A DNA stretch of 64,000 nucleotides, from positions 682,001 through 746,000 of the forward strand of contig JANJGN010000026.1 of assembly GCA_026770705.1 (NCBI GenBank). Direction: 5' to 3'. Both the position numbers and the translations under genes were made by a program. The number at the start of each line of letters is the position of its first letter. The first letter of the stretch is position 1. Shown piece by piece: positions 49,701 to 60,229 of the stretch. The stretch is from Isurus oxyrinchus (taxonomy: Eukaryota). The notes under the pieces are model-generated. The model saw nothing but the letters and a program-made list of their open reading frames with translations. It made no database searches and was not told the origin of the DNA.

Positions 49701-52442
49701 CTGTTGAAAACACCTCCCATCACTTTGTTAATAACCAAGAGTAAATTGATGGTGGGGTAATTGGCCGTGTTGGATTTGTCCCTTCATTTTGTGCACACTC
49801 TAAAATTGGGAAACGTTCTGCTTTGCAGGGTATATGCCAGTGTTCCAAATACACTGGAACAGCTTGGTTCGGGCTACAGCTAACTACGGTGGACCAGACT
49901 TCAGCACGATTGCTGGAATGTTGCCAGGGCTCGAAACCTTTGCAGTTTCTTCATGAAGTTGGGTGAATCGAATTGGCTGAAGTCTGTCTCTTCTGATGCT
50001 GCTGACCTCAAGAGCAGGGAGAACTCAACCATCCACTGGGCATTTCTGGCTGAAGATTGTTGCAAATGATTCAGCTTTGCCTTTTCACTAATGTTCTGGG
50101 CTGGCCCATTATTGGTGATGAGGATATTTATGGATTCGCATCGTCTTGTTAGTTGTTGACTTAGCCAAGCCCTTTTATGACTGGATGTGGCAGGACTGCA
50201 GACGTTCAATATACTATATTCGTTGCAGGTTCACTTACCTCTCTCTCTTGCATGCTGTTTCTGCTCTTTGGCAATCAAGTAGCATGTTGATCTCACTTCG
50301 CCATGTTGTCACCTCAATTTTAGGCCTGCCTGATTCTGCCCAACCCATGTCCTCCTCCACTCTTCATTCAACCAGAGTGATTTGATGGTAGTGGTGCAGT
50401 GGGCTATTTGCTGGGCCTCGAGGTTATAGATTGCGGTTGAATAGAATTCCACTGCTGCTGGTGGTCCACATTGCCTCATGAATGTCTAGTTTAAAGTTGC
50501 AAGATGTGTTGGAAATCAATCCCAAAAAGCACGTTGGTAGGTGCCATACAACAGGAATCACTCTTCTAAGTGTTCCACAAGATAAAATTTAGATTAGCAG
50601 TCCCTCTCTGATATGAAACCTAGGCATTCTGGTTAAGATGCCTAGTTAACAGAAATGCTTATGTCACTTTCAGTTATCAGTCGCCAACTCAAAGTTGCTA
50701 CCTGAATAGATGTTATTTACTATAGCAGAAAGCTGACATAGCAGTTGCATCTTGGTTTGAGCCATCTTCTCCCAAAAGAAAAGTATACAGAGTTAGACGA
50801 CAAAGTGCGATGACAAGGCTTGCCTGCGACGAGGAACAAGTGCCAATTTGGTGTAAGAGGGAAATTGGTGCAAAGGGAGAAGGAGGTGCCCTTTTTGTAC
50901 TATTCTGGGGCCTTCAGTAACTGGTAGAATTTTTTCTGCCAAAAAGCTATGGGGCATAATTTGCTATTAGTTTAGCTGTATCAATTAGTATCTAATTGAC
51001 TTGTTAATTAAATAAGATTATTCAGACATGACAGCGATGCTGGTATGCCGTAACTCAAAAACATCAGAATCTGTGGAATGATTTTAATCCCAAAATCGGT
51101 GGCAAGTGACTTCGCCTCTGATCTGTTGAACAATGTTATGGTTTCTGCGGTGCACAGATACCTCAACTAAGAAGATTGGTAACACAATTATGAGGGCTCT
51201 TTTATTTCAAGGGGTGAAACCACATGCACCAATCTCTGAAAGTCCCTTAACAGGTCCTGTCTCTCGAGATGCTCATATGTTCAGCGTGATGATTAATTGA
51301 ACATAGACAAAAAAATCTCTCTGATGGTGTAGAGTAGTTTTAGATATGCTCTGTAAAGGCATTCCACAACAAGCAGCAACCAGAGTCCCAGACTTTGTAT
51401 GGAGTCAGGAAGGAGGAATTGCTACCAGACATTGTGTTTCAGGAGACACTCTCGCCCCTTTAGATCAGGTAGAAAGTTAGCATCTTTCAATGACCACGGA
51501 CAGCGTGTTATGACTGTGAGATAGGCAGGGACCAGGATGCTGTGGATACTGATGGCGGGTTCAGAGCAGTTCATTTTGGCCAAGAGACCGAGGTGCTTGC
51601 GACCTATTTGAATGAACAGAAAGGCTGCAGTTTGTGGAACAAACTGAGGATGGCACCAGGATGCAGGATAGCATTCAATGGGTGTGGGGGTGGTAAGGAG
51701 GAGTTGGGTAGTGGAAAGAAATGTCGTAGTACCAGTGTTAGAGTGTAGACGCTGTTACTTGTAGCTGCGGCTTGAAGCTCAGAACTTTGTGCTTATTATT
51801 TGAGGGAGTAACATGTGCTGTCGATGTAGGGGAACTGGTGAATATACTGTAGTTAGATTTGCAGCAGGTATTTGATAAAATGCCAGATCAGGTGTTATTG
51901 CATAAAGTAAAAGCTCCCATGGTATAAGGTAGAAGATTGGCTGGCTAACGGGAAGCAGAGAGGAGACATAAATGGGCCTTTTCATCTTGGCTGGATGTAA
52001 CGAGTGTTGTGCCACAGGGGTCACTGCTGGGTGTTCAACTGTGTACAATTTATATTAATGATTTCGATGAAGTGATGGTGGGAAGGTTGGCAAATGTGCT
52101 GATGCTGCAAAGATAGGTCAGAAACTCAGTTGTGAAGAGGAAATAAGGAGCCTACAAAAATACAAATAGTTTAAGTGAGTGGGCAAAAATCTGGTAAATG
52201 TAGTATAATGTGGGAAAATGTGAAATTGTCCATTTTGTCAGGAAGAATAAAGGAGAAGCACTTTAACTAAATATTGAGATATTGGTCCTTAAAGGTGGTG
52301 CCTTCGAGATCGCTTTATTTCCCCCATTGTTATTTGAAGTTTCATTTCGAGTGAGAGTTTTAAGTCGTTAAGTTATGGATACAAGAATATAAAAACATAC
52401 CTCTAAATGTATGCTTGTTTGTGTGCCAAGAAGCATTTGTAT

Positions 52443-54272
52443 AGAACCATATAAAAGTTACAGCACAGCAGGAGGCCATTCTGCCCATCTTTTCCATGCC
52501 AGCCCGAGGACATCCAGGTGCCCTTTCTAATCCCACCTTCCTGCACCCAGCCCATAGCCCTGCGGCTTACAGCACTTAAGGTCCATATCCAGGTACTTTT
52601 TAAAATAATTTATAGTTTCTGCCTCTACCAGCAACTTGGGCAGCGAATTCCAGACACCCACTAACTTCTACACAAAAAGTTCTTCCTCATGTCCCCCCTA
52701 CACCTTCTGCCACTTATCTTGAATCTATGTCCCCTGGTTCTAGAATTCTCCACCAAGGAAAACAATTTTATCATGTACAATCTATCTATTTCCCTCATAA
52801 TTTTGTACACCTCAATCAAGTCACCTCTCAGCCTTCTTTGTTCCAAGTAAAATAACCACAACCTATCCAATCTCTCCTCGTAGCTACACTTTTCTAACCC
52901 TGGCAACATTCTTGTAAACCTCCACTGCACTCTCTCCAGAACTTTTTCGTCCTTCCTGTAATGTGGTGACCAGAACTGCAGACAATACTCCAGTTGTGGC
53001 CTCACCAGTGTTTTATACAATTCCAACATTATATCCTTACTTTTATATTCTGTACCTCTGCCAATGAAGGAGAGCATTCCATATGCCTTCTTTACAACTT
53101 TGTCAGCTTGAACTGCTGCCTTCAGGGACCTGTGTACTTGTACGCCAAGGTCTCTCGCTTCATCTACCCCTCTTAGGTTATTCCCATTTATTTTGTAATG
53201 CCTGTAACTGTTTGACCTCCCTAAATGTATGACCTCACACGCCTCTATGTAAAGATTGGAAAATCATCCTCAGAGCAGCTGTTATATCCTCCCTGACTTC
53301 CTTCAGCAGCCTCGGAAACAATCCTGGTGACTTATAACTTTTCAAGGATTTCAACCCTTCGAGTACTTCCTGTCTCTTTATGACTATCCTGTCCAATATC
53401 TCACAGTATTTCTCCTGGACTACCATATCTACATCCCCCCTTTCCTTTGCAAACACGGAGACAAAATGTTCTTTCAAATCCCTTCCCACAGCCCCTGCAT
53501 CTGCGCAGAAGTTTCCATCTTCATCTCTGATATGTTCTTTAACTTCTAAGGTATTGGTAAAACATCTTTGGATTATCTTTGACTTAATTTGGTAAGCTGT
53601 TTGTATGCCCTCTCTTTGATTTCCTTATTTCCCTTTTACTACTTCCCTACACTTCCTATATTCATGTAGGCTATCTGCAGTACTTAATTCTTTGTGCCTA
53701 TCATTTGCTTTCTTTTTCTGTTTGATCTTCCCGTGTATTCCTCTAGACAACCAGGGAGGTCTAGATTTAGCAGTACCACTCTTATTTTTGTCGGAGACAT
53801 GTCTATTTTGTACTATTACGATCTCGCTTTTTAGTGCTTCCCACGAGGTTTCCACCGTTTTATCCTCCAGCAGTGCTGTCCAGTCCACCTGAGCCGAGTC
53901 CCTTCTCATTTCTGCAAAATTTGCCTTCCCCCAGTTCAAGACTTTTACTCCTCCCTTATCTCTGTCTTTTTCCATGGTAATGCTAAATCTGACTGAATTG
54001 TGATCACTCTCCACGATATGGACACGAACTGTCACATCACCCAAATGCCCATTTTCGTTCCCCAAGACAAGGTCTAGAATTGCATCTCCTCTCCTTGAGT
54101 TTGTCACTAACTGCTTGAAAAAGAAAATACTGCACACACTGCATGAAGTTTTCTCCCTCAGTGCCCCTTATATTGCTTGAATCCCAGTTGATATCATGAT
54201 AGTTGAAGTCTCCTACTATTATTGTCCCCGTGTTCTTACAAGCAGAAGTTTGCCTACATATTTGTGCTTCTC
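52443..54272 (-). mobile_element. Relatively well-preserved CR1 LINE with internal deletions, nested in the ERV region
   Basis: Minus ORFs: endonuclease end (RGDAILDLVLGN...ESDHNSVRF) and C-terminal LYKTLVRPQLEYCLQFWSPHYRKD. Confidence 0.92.
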
Positions 54273-55939
54273 ACATATATGAGTTTTAATTCCGTAAATT
54301 GTCATTTGTATGTGTAGTTCAGCACTGTTGGGTTGAAAACCACATGTTAGTTTAAAGGAAAAGTACACTAAAACATTCCAAAGTTTTGACTATAAAGTTT
54401 GAGTTGAGATTTCTGGTAAAAATGATCGCAGTTTGAAGATATCATGATGCTAGGCAAGGTTAGATGAACCAATCTTTGTACCTACCACCCCCTTGCAGAC
54501 TAGCATCACCAGCTTCCACGCTGATTGGGATTGATACAGACGAGTTGCTTTAACTCATACAAGTTCGTATTATAAATTCTGAAGGACAAAATGGTTACCT
54601 GAATTTCAAGGAATTCTAGGAAAACCAATAGTCATAAACACACGGTATAAGTGGTTCCATTGGATAAAAAGGGGTTGTCTTGAAGAGATGAATTCAATAT
54701 GAAAAGGAATCTGCAATCCAACACACTGTTACTTGAAGTTGGGACAACGCTTGAGATGTAAAGTGCAGTGCAATTTAACAGGTTACTTCGAATAACGAGG
54801 ATGCTATCCAAAGATAAAGAATGTGTCGATAAACCTATGGGAATTATAGCTCTGATGCAAATACATACGCATAAGAAAGAGGTAGTTTTAATTTTGATAG
54901 CGTAAATTAGGTTTTTTATAAAATTTAAAATGTTGTGGTTTGGTTCCTGATATCTTCTCAAAAGGGAATTTTCATTTTAAAACGTTTGACTACAATTGTC
55001 ACTAATTCAAATGCTGCAAGCTTTCGTATCTGTAAGTCTGTTCCCAAAATATGAAGCTAAGCTCAACATCTTGACAAAGTTTGGCAGAGACACAATTTTG
55101 GCCTAGTTAATGAGTCTGGAATAATTCTAAGAAACGGGTCAGACACAATTTAGTGGGTTACATTTGAGTCAATAAAATGTTGTTTGAGAAGAAGATAAGG
55201 AACATGTCAATGCCTGATTTCTGTTTTTAAAACTGTTATTTTTTATTTATTTTAAAGTCTCTCCAAGCAACATGAACTAGATAAGACTGTAGCTGTTGCA
55301 TGTGTAAAATGGCATGAGGCAAGTAGAAGAAAGAGTTAGGGAAAGAGGACACCATATATAAACAGTTTTAAGGGAACTGAATTTGATAATCTGGCCATCA
55401 AGTGAGACATTGGAAACGCACAGTGCGAGATAAACAAAGACTAGAGACAAGGATCCTCGGTGACATGGAATAGTTAATATGGCCTAAAGAGCATGGAAAC
55501 ATTACAAACGGTCAAGGTAATAGAGAAACTGACATCAAGAGAACCTTATGATGATCCTGGTCAGGGGAAAAAAACTTAGAGGTAAAACAATGTGGAATCT
55601 AAAGTTCAGGAATTGAAATGCAAGGAGAATTAATACTTAACAACAATATACCACAAGGGTACAGGTAAAGGGAAAGCTGTAAAAAATGCGAAATAGATGC
55701 ATTACTGATTGTATTAATGTACCTTTGAACTACAAAAAGTAAGACCACAGGATTAACCCCAAGATGACAGGCAGTTAATCGGCTCCTAGAGACAACTGCC
55801 ACTAGGAGTGAAGATACTGAGCCATTGAAAGAAAGGATAAGAACGTGCACTGTAGAGTTCTGTAGGCAGTTTAAGGAATTGAGGGCCGACGTGGGACAGC
55901 GGCAGGAGACAGTAGGTTGGAAGGAGTGGAGAATGTGTA

Positions 55940-56525
55940 ACCAGATGGACTCAGATCATGGAACTCATTTCACAGGAAGAGCTATTAAAGAAATGTATAA
56001 ATTTCAATATAAACAGAAATTCCACACTCCCTACCAGCCCAGGAGTTCGGGGATGGTGGAAAGGATGAACTGAACTTTAAAAAAAAACATCAATCACAAA
56101 AGCAATTCAAGAGACAGAGAACAGCCCAATATTCTAATGCGCCTGAGGGCTACCACAAGCAGGACGGCCAGGTTCACCCCAATTTAAATAATGACAAGGG
56201 GAGCAACGCAGTTACCCGAGGGAATCATAGTAGGAGTGGGAGTTGTAGGGCCATTAAAAGGAAGGATGCAAGACTGTGTGAGGGAAATAAGTAACCAATT
56301 GCATGTGTTAAGGAAGGAAGTCAGAAATCGACAGGTGATTAAGGACATGGAAACAGGCAAATCCAAAGAGCAACAATGGACCAATTGGGGAATAAGATGA
56401 TGGTTAACATGAGCCCGGAGCGTACAGGCATGGACCATACAAGGTAGGTATGACAGGCGATGCAATTGCACTTGTAGACATGAGAACGGGAGGTAAATGG
56501 AGGCATTACACAGAGCTAAAGAGAC
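55940..56525 (+). pseudogene. pol: Retroviral integrase remnant (catalytic core and C-terminus)
   Basis: DSDHGTHFTG...KQKFHTPYQPRSSGMVERMN*TLK (second D and the E of DDE), then ILMRLRAT...MTRG..QLPE and a GPYKV motif near 56433. Contains stops and frameshifts. Confidence 0.88.
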
Positions 56526-56587
56526 ATGACAATTAACCAAGTGGCAACCCAGAGAATGGGAGCCGATGTTAATGTCTCCACAGATCT

Positions 56588-58380
56588 ATGATCCTGGTCA
56601 TGGGCGTATCAGTACTGGCAACAAGGTCAGGGATCATAACTGCTCATCCCGCACCGCAGGAGGAACTTTGGTACAGCACGGACAGTGCCGAATGTGACAC
56701 GTAACAGGGAATCATAAATGTTACAGTAGGAGAACAAGTGCTTTTGAATTGTAGTAAGGGTGTGCTTCAGATCTTGCTTGAGTGGTCCTCCCAAAAGTAG
56801 AGATTAGTACCACTACTCAGCCACCTCCCACATCTACTTCCACAGTCCGAGTAGAGATAATTGAAACCTCTGAAATCACACCAACTGACCCACCTTGTCT
56901 GACTATGCATCCAGGACCGACGAATGGCTAGGTACTGGTTAATCAGAAGTTTTGTATGATAACATACACCATGACCCGTAGTCTTGAACATATCCGGGAT
57001 TTCCCCGGCCCCGTGGTGCTCAACCCATATCCGAGCACTATATATGGCTCTAGTGGGCCCCTTGATGACTGACGCATCTCAGTTGAATGGCGGGATGCGA
57101 TCAGGCTTGGGAGAGCACCGCTTTAAGTGTAGCCTGACATATGATGCCTCTACGATATCCAAATTAGGGATATCAGTGTTTGTCTGGACCCTGAGCTTTA
57201 CGGTGAAGGAGGTTCAAGAGTGGGGACAGAGAATTCGTAACACCCAATTAAACACAGACCAGGACATCACAGGATTAATTCACAACCTGGCTACCGTGCT
57301 CAAAAGTCACGCAGGGACAATCAACAAACTGATTAAAATAGGGAAAAATATTTCAGACGAAGCAACCAGAAATTATGTTTCCAGCACCTATGGATCTTGG
57401 GCACTGCAACAAGCCCGAGAGAATTTAAGACAGTTTAATGGAAGAGTAGTTCCTTTATTGAACATTTATGTAGTCTTTCACGACAACACAAGGATCATAA
57501 CTTGACCGGTTGCCATCGCAGACGTTTAACACGCATATATAGGATGAATGTTGAATGTATAGTGAATAGTAATATGCTAATAGGCATTGTATTAGTAATA
57601 CCTCTCATACCTATGTCAACACCCGGCAGGCCATTATATAAAGTAGAACATATTGGGGTTATACGGGAGGATTTTTATATTAGGTATCATGACATTCCAC
57701 CATATGTAGTAGACAAAGAAGGGATTATTGTTAGCACCATATTAGGAAAGTGTAGGATAGAAGCCACCGCAGTAGTATGCCCACCCAATATAATGAGACA
57801 GATGTAGCTTAGTGGATTTAAAACAGCAGCAAACTGTATAATGGAAAATGTATGGGCTGCAAAAGAACCGACCCATGTTGCATACACGGGGAATGGGAGA
57901 TATTGTATAACCACGTGGCGGCAAAGATCCAGTACTGGAACAACCACATATGCCCCATCCATAATCATTCAGTGTGCCTACACCCACAGGCGCCAGCAAG
58001 GGTAGGAAGGTGGAACTGGTCGAAATATACAAGAGAGGAACTATTACTATTCAGGTCAAGGAAAGCGTTAAAAAGAACCTGACAGCATTCAAACCAATTC
58101 TCCTATGAAATTCCCTTATTACCTGAACACCTAACCACTATTCATAGACAGGCTCAGCAGATGTACAGAACTCACCATACACTGCAGCAACATGTTAGAG
58201 CCTTAAAAGAGGATATCGAGACAAAGGGTTTCTCCACATGATGGTGCTGGAACCGGGGCTCAAACGTTAAGATACGCCCCTGGATTCGGATTATCTCCAA
58301 TACCCTAGTTATACTTCAACAGATATTATTTATCTATCAAACACACTTGATTCATCCCACCTGGAAGTCACAGAAAATGT
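56588..58380 (+). pseudogene. env: env-like gene resembling paramyxovirus/pneumovirus class I fusion (F) glycoprotein
   Basis: Acceptor tctccacag before an ATG and hydrophobic leader. Contains F2-like WCSTHIRALYMALVGPL, a degenerate furin site RFK(C), heptads, IPPYVVDKEGIIVSTILGKCRIEATAVVCPPN, a C-terminal heptad, a Trp-rich segment and a hydrophobic anchor. Several stops and frameshifts. Confidence 0.75.
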
Positions 58381-58572
58381 GGCGCTGTGGGCATTTTAAC
58401 AGGTAGAGAAGGAATTTGACAAGTTAGAGCTTTAAATTAAAGGGCCAGATGATACAGATGGTCCGGCCAGTGCTTTCTATGCACCAAAGCTGGATACCTA
58501 GCCTGGTTCAATGGTTGGCAGTACATAAAGAGGGCGGACAGCACCACTGTAGTTTGGGCTAGGCCAAGGGCC

Positions 58573-59187
58573 AAAAGAGGGGACTGTAAGGGCGGAATAT
58601 AGCGGTACATTAAGAACTTATTGAAAGGGAGTCGACTACTTAAAATATCCAAGCAGTCAACGCCGGCAAGGGTAATTAAAATCCAGGCTGGACAGGGAGG
58701 AATCTGAACCTTGCACACCCTCAGAGCCTGTGACCATCAGCAAGGCCAGGCCGAGCAGAAAGGAAGCAAATGTGATAGACTGGGTGTCTTAGGAGTCCGG
58801 CCGGCGCCTTAGGTTGAAAAACAACCAAGATTGGGTCTGTTTATACCAGATAGGGAAAGAACAGATGGTCCTAGTAGAGATGGGAGGGAAGGTTTCCGCT
58901 GGGGGTGAAAGTAGGGACAGATGATGCGTCTAATTTGGTACCTTTGTTAAGAGAGAGATGACTATTTAATCTAAACCTATCTGTTGACGAGATTGGAATC
59001 TGGAAACTGTTCTTGTACGTGATCAATAGTGCATAAATATGGTGAACACTTGTGGTTTAGCAGAGTTATATCTCAAGATGCATTGGGACGGTTCTTTCCT
59101 TCCAATTGCTCGAATAAACGATCGTGACCTGTACCTGAGACTCTTGTGGTCCCTGTGTCAATGTGACAGCAACAATGGGTATCCTCA
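58573..59187 (+). repeat. Polypurine tract and 3' LTR
   Basis: PPT aaaagagggg(ac) directly before TG at 58585. TATA-like cataaat near 59032, AATAAA at 59113-59118, ends ...atcctCA at 59187 where LINE sequence starts abruptly. Confidence 0.7.
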
Positions 59188-59950
59188 ATGTGAAAGACGG
59201 GCTTCGTTTCCACAACAACTGTGATGGTCACTCTTACCGACACTCTCATAGACAGATGGATCTGCGACAGGCAGGTTGGTGAGGATGAGGTCAGGAACAT
59301 TTTTCCCTCTTGTTGGTTCCCTCCCCACCTGCCACACTCCCAGTCTAGAAGATTTTTTTTTTAAGACTTGGCCAACTCGGTCAATAGTGGTACAATCCCC
59401 ACACTCTTGGTCATGGACATTGATGCCCCACACCCGGACTACATTTTGCACTGTTGCTACGCTCAGTTCTTCCTCCATGTGGTGCTCATCATGGGGGAAG
59501 CACTGATTCATCAGCAGGACATCTCCTTGCCCATGTTTGACCCAATGTCATGAGATCTCATGGGGTCTGGAGTCAACGTTGCGGACTCCCAGGCAGCTCC
59601 CTCCTGACTGCACACCATTGAGCCACTAACTTTGCTGGGCTTGTCCTGCGGTGGGAAATGACATATCCAGGGCTGATGATGGTGGTGTTAGGACATTATC
59701 TGTAAGATAAGATTCTGTGAGATTGATTATGTCAGGCTGCTGCTTAACTAGTCTCTGAGACAGCTCTCCCAATTTAGGCTCCAGTCCCAAGATATTAGTA
59801 AGGAGGACTTTGCAGGGTCGACACGGCTGAGTTTGCCATTGTTGTTTCCGGTGCTGAGCTGAGATCGATGCCAACTGGTCCGTTCGGTTTCATTTCTGTT
59901 TGGTCTTTGTAGCTGTTTGATAAAACTGGGTGGCTTGCTCTTTCAGTGGG
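59188..59950 (-). mobile_element. LINE apurinic endonuclease (5' ORF2) fragment
   Basis: LLTNILGL...QPDIINLTESYL and EPTRGKNVPDLILTN...GKSDHH. Confidence 0.85.
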
Positions 59951-60229
59951 AAGTTAAAAGTCAATCTTATTTCTGTGGATCTGGAGTCACCTGCAGGACA
60001 GCAAACGTTCTTCTCTTGACGGCATTAATAAACCAGATGAGTTTTTGCAACAATCCGTTTTATTATGGTTTAATTTGACGTTTAATTCCAGGTTTTGTGT
60101 TGAATTCAAATCCCACCATCTGCCGTGCTGGACTCAAGCTCGGGGCCCCAAAGCATTATCTTAAATCTCGGAATTAATGGTGCAGTGACCATACTACTAC
60201 CCCATTGCCTCCCCTTTAACTATAAGTTT

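Larger units (their letters stand above)
37160..52279 (+). repeat. Segmental duplication copy B (direct orientation)
   Basis: Diverged colinear copy of 18883-33226. Contains an extra ~600-bp insertion and an N gap. Left end abuts a truncated LINE; right end abuts the ERV region. Confidence 0.93.
52280..59187 (+). mobile_element. Decayed, internally deleted endogenous retrovirus (lokiretrovirus-like), interrupted by a CR1 insertion
   Basis: Integrase core, env-like region, PPT and 3' LTR appear in retroviral order. No RT or 5' LTR was recognised, so the 5' boundary is uncertain. Confidence 0.75.

Noticed and set aside
18883-52279. Duplication as an uncollapsed haplotype artefact
   Set aside because: About 13% divergence in TM1, many indels and a copy-specific insertion are too much for alleles.
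55380-55830. gag gene of the ERV
   Set aside because: Position fits, but no major homology region or zinc knuckle is recognisable; not called separately.
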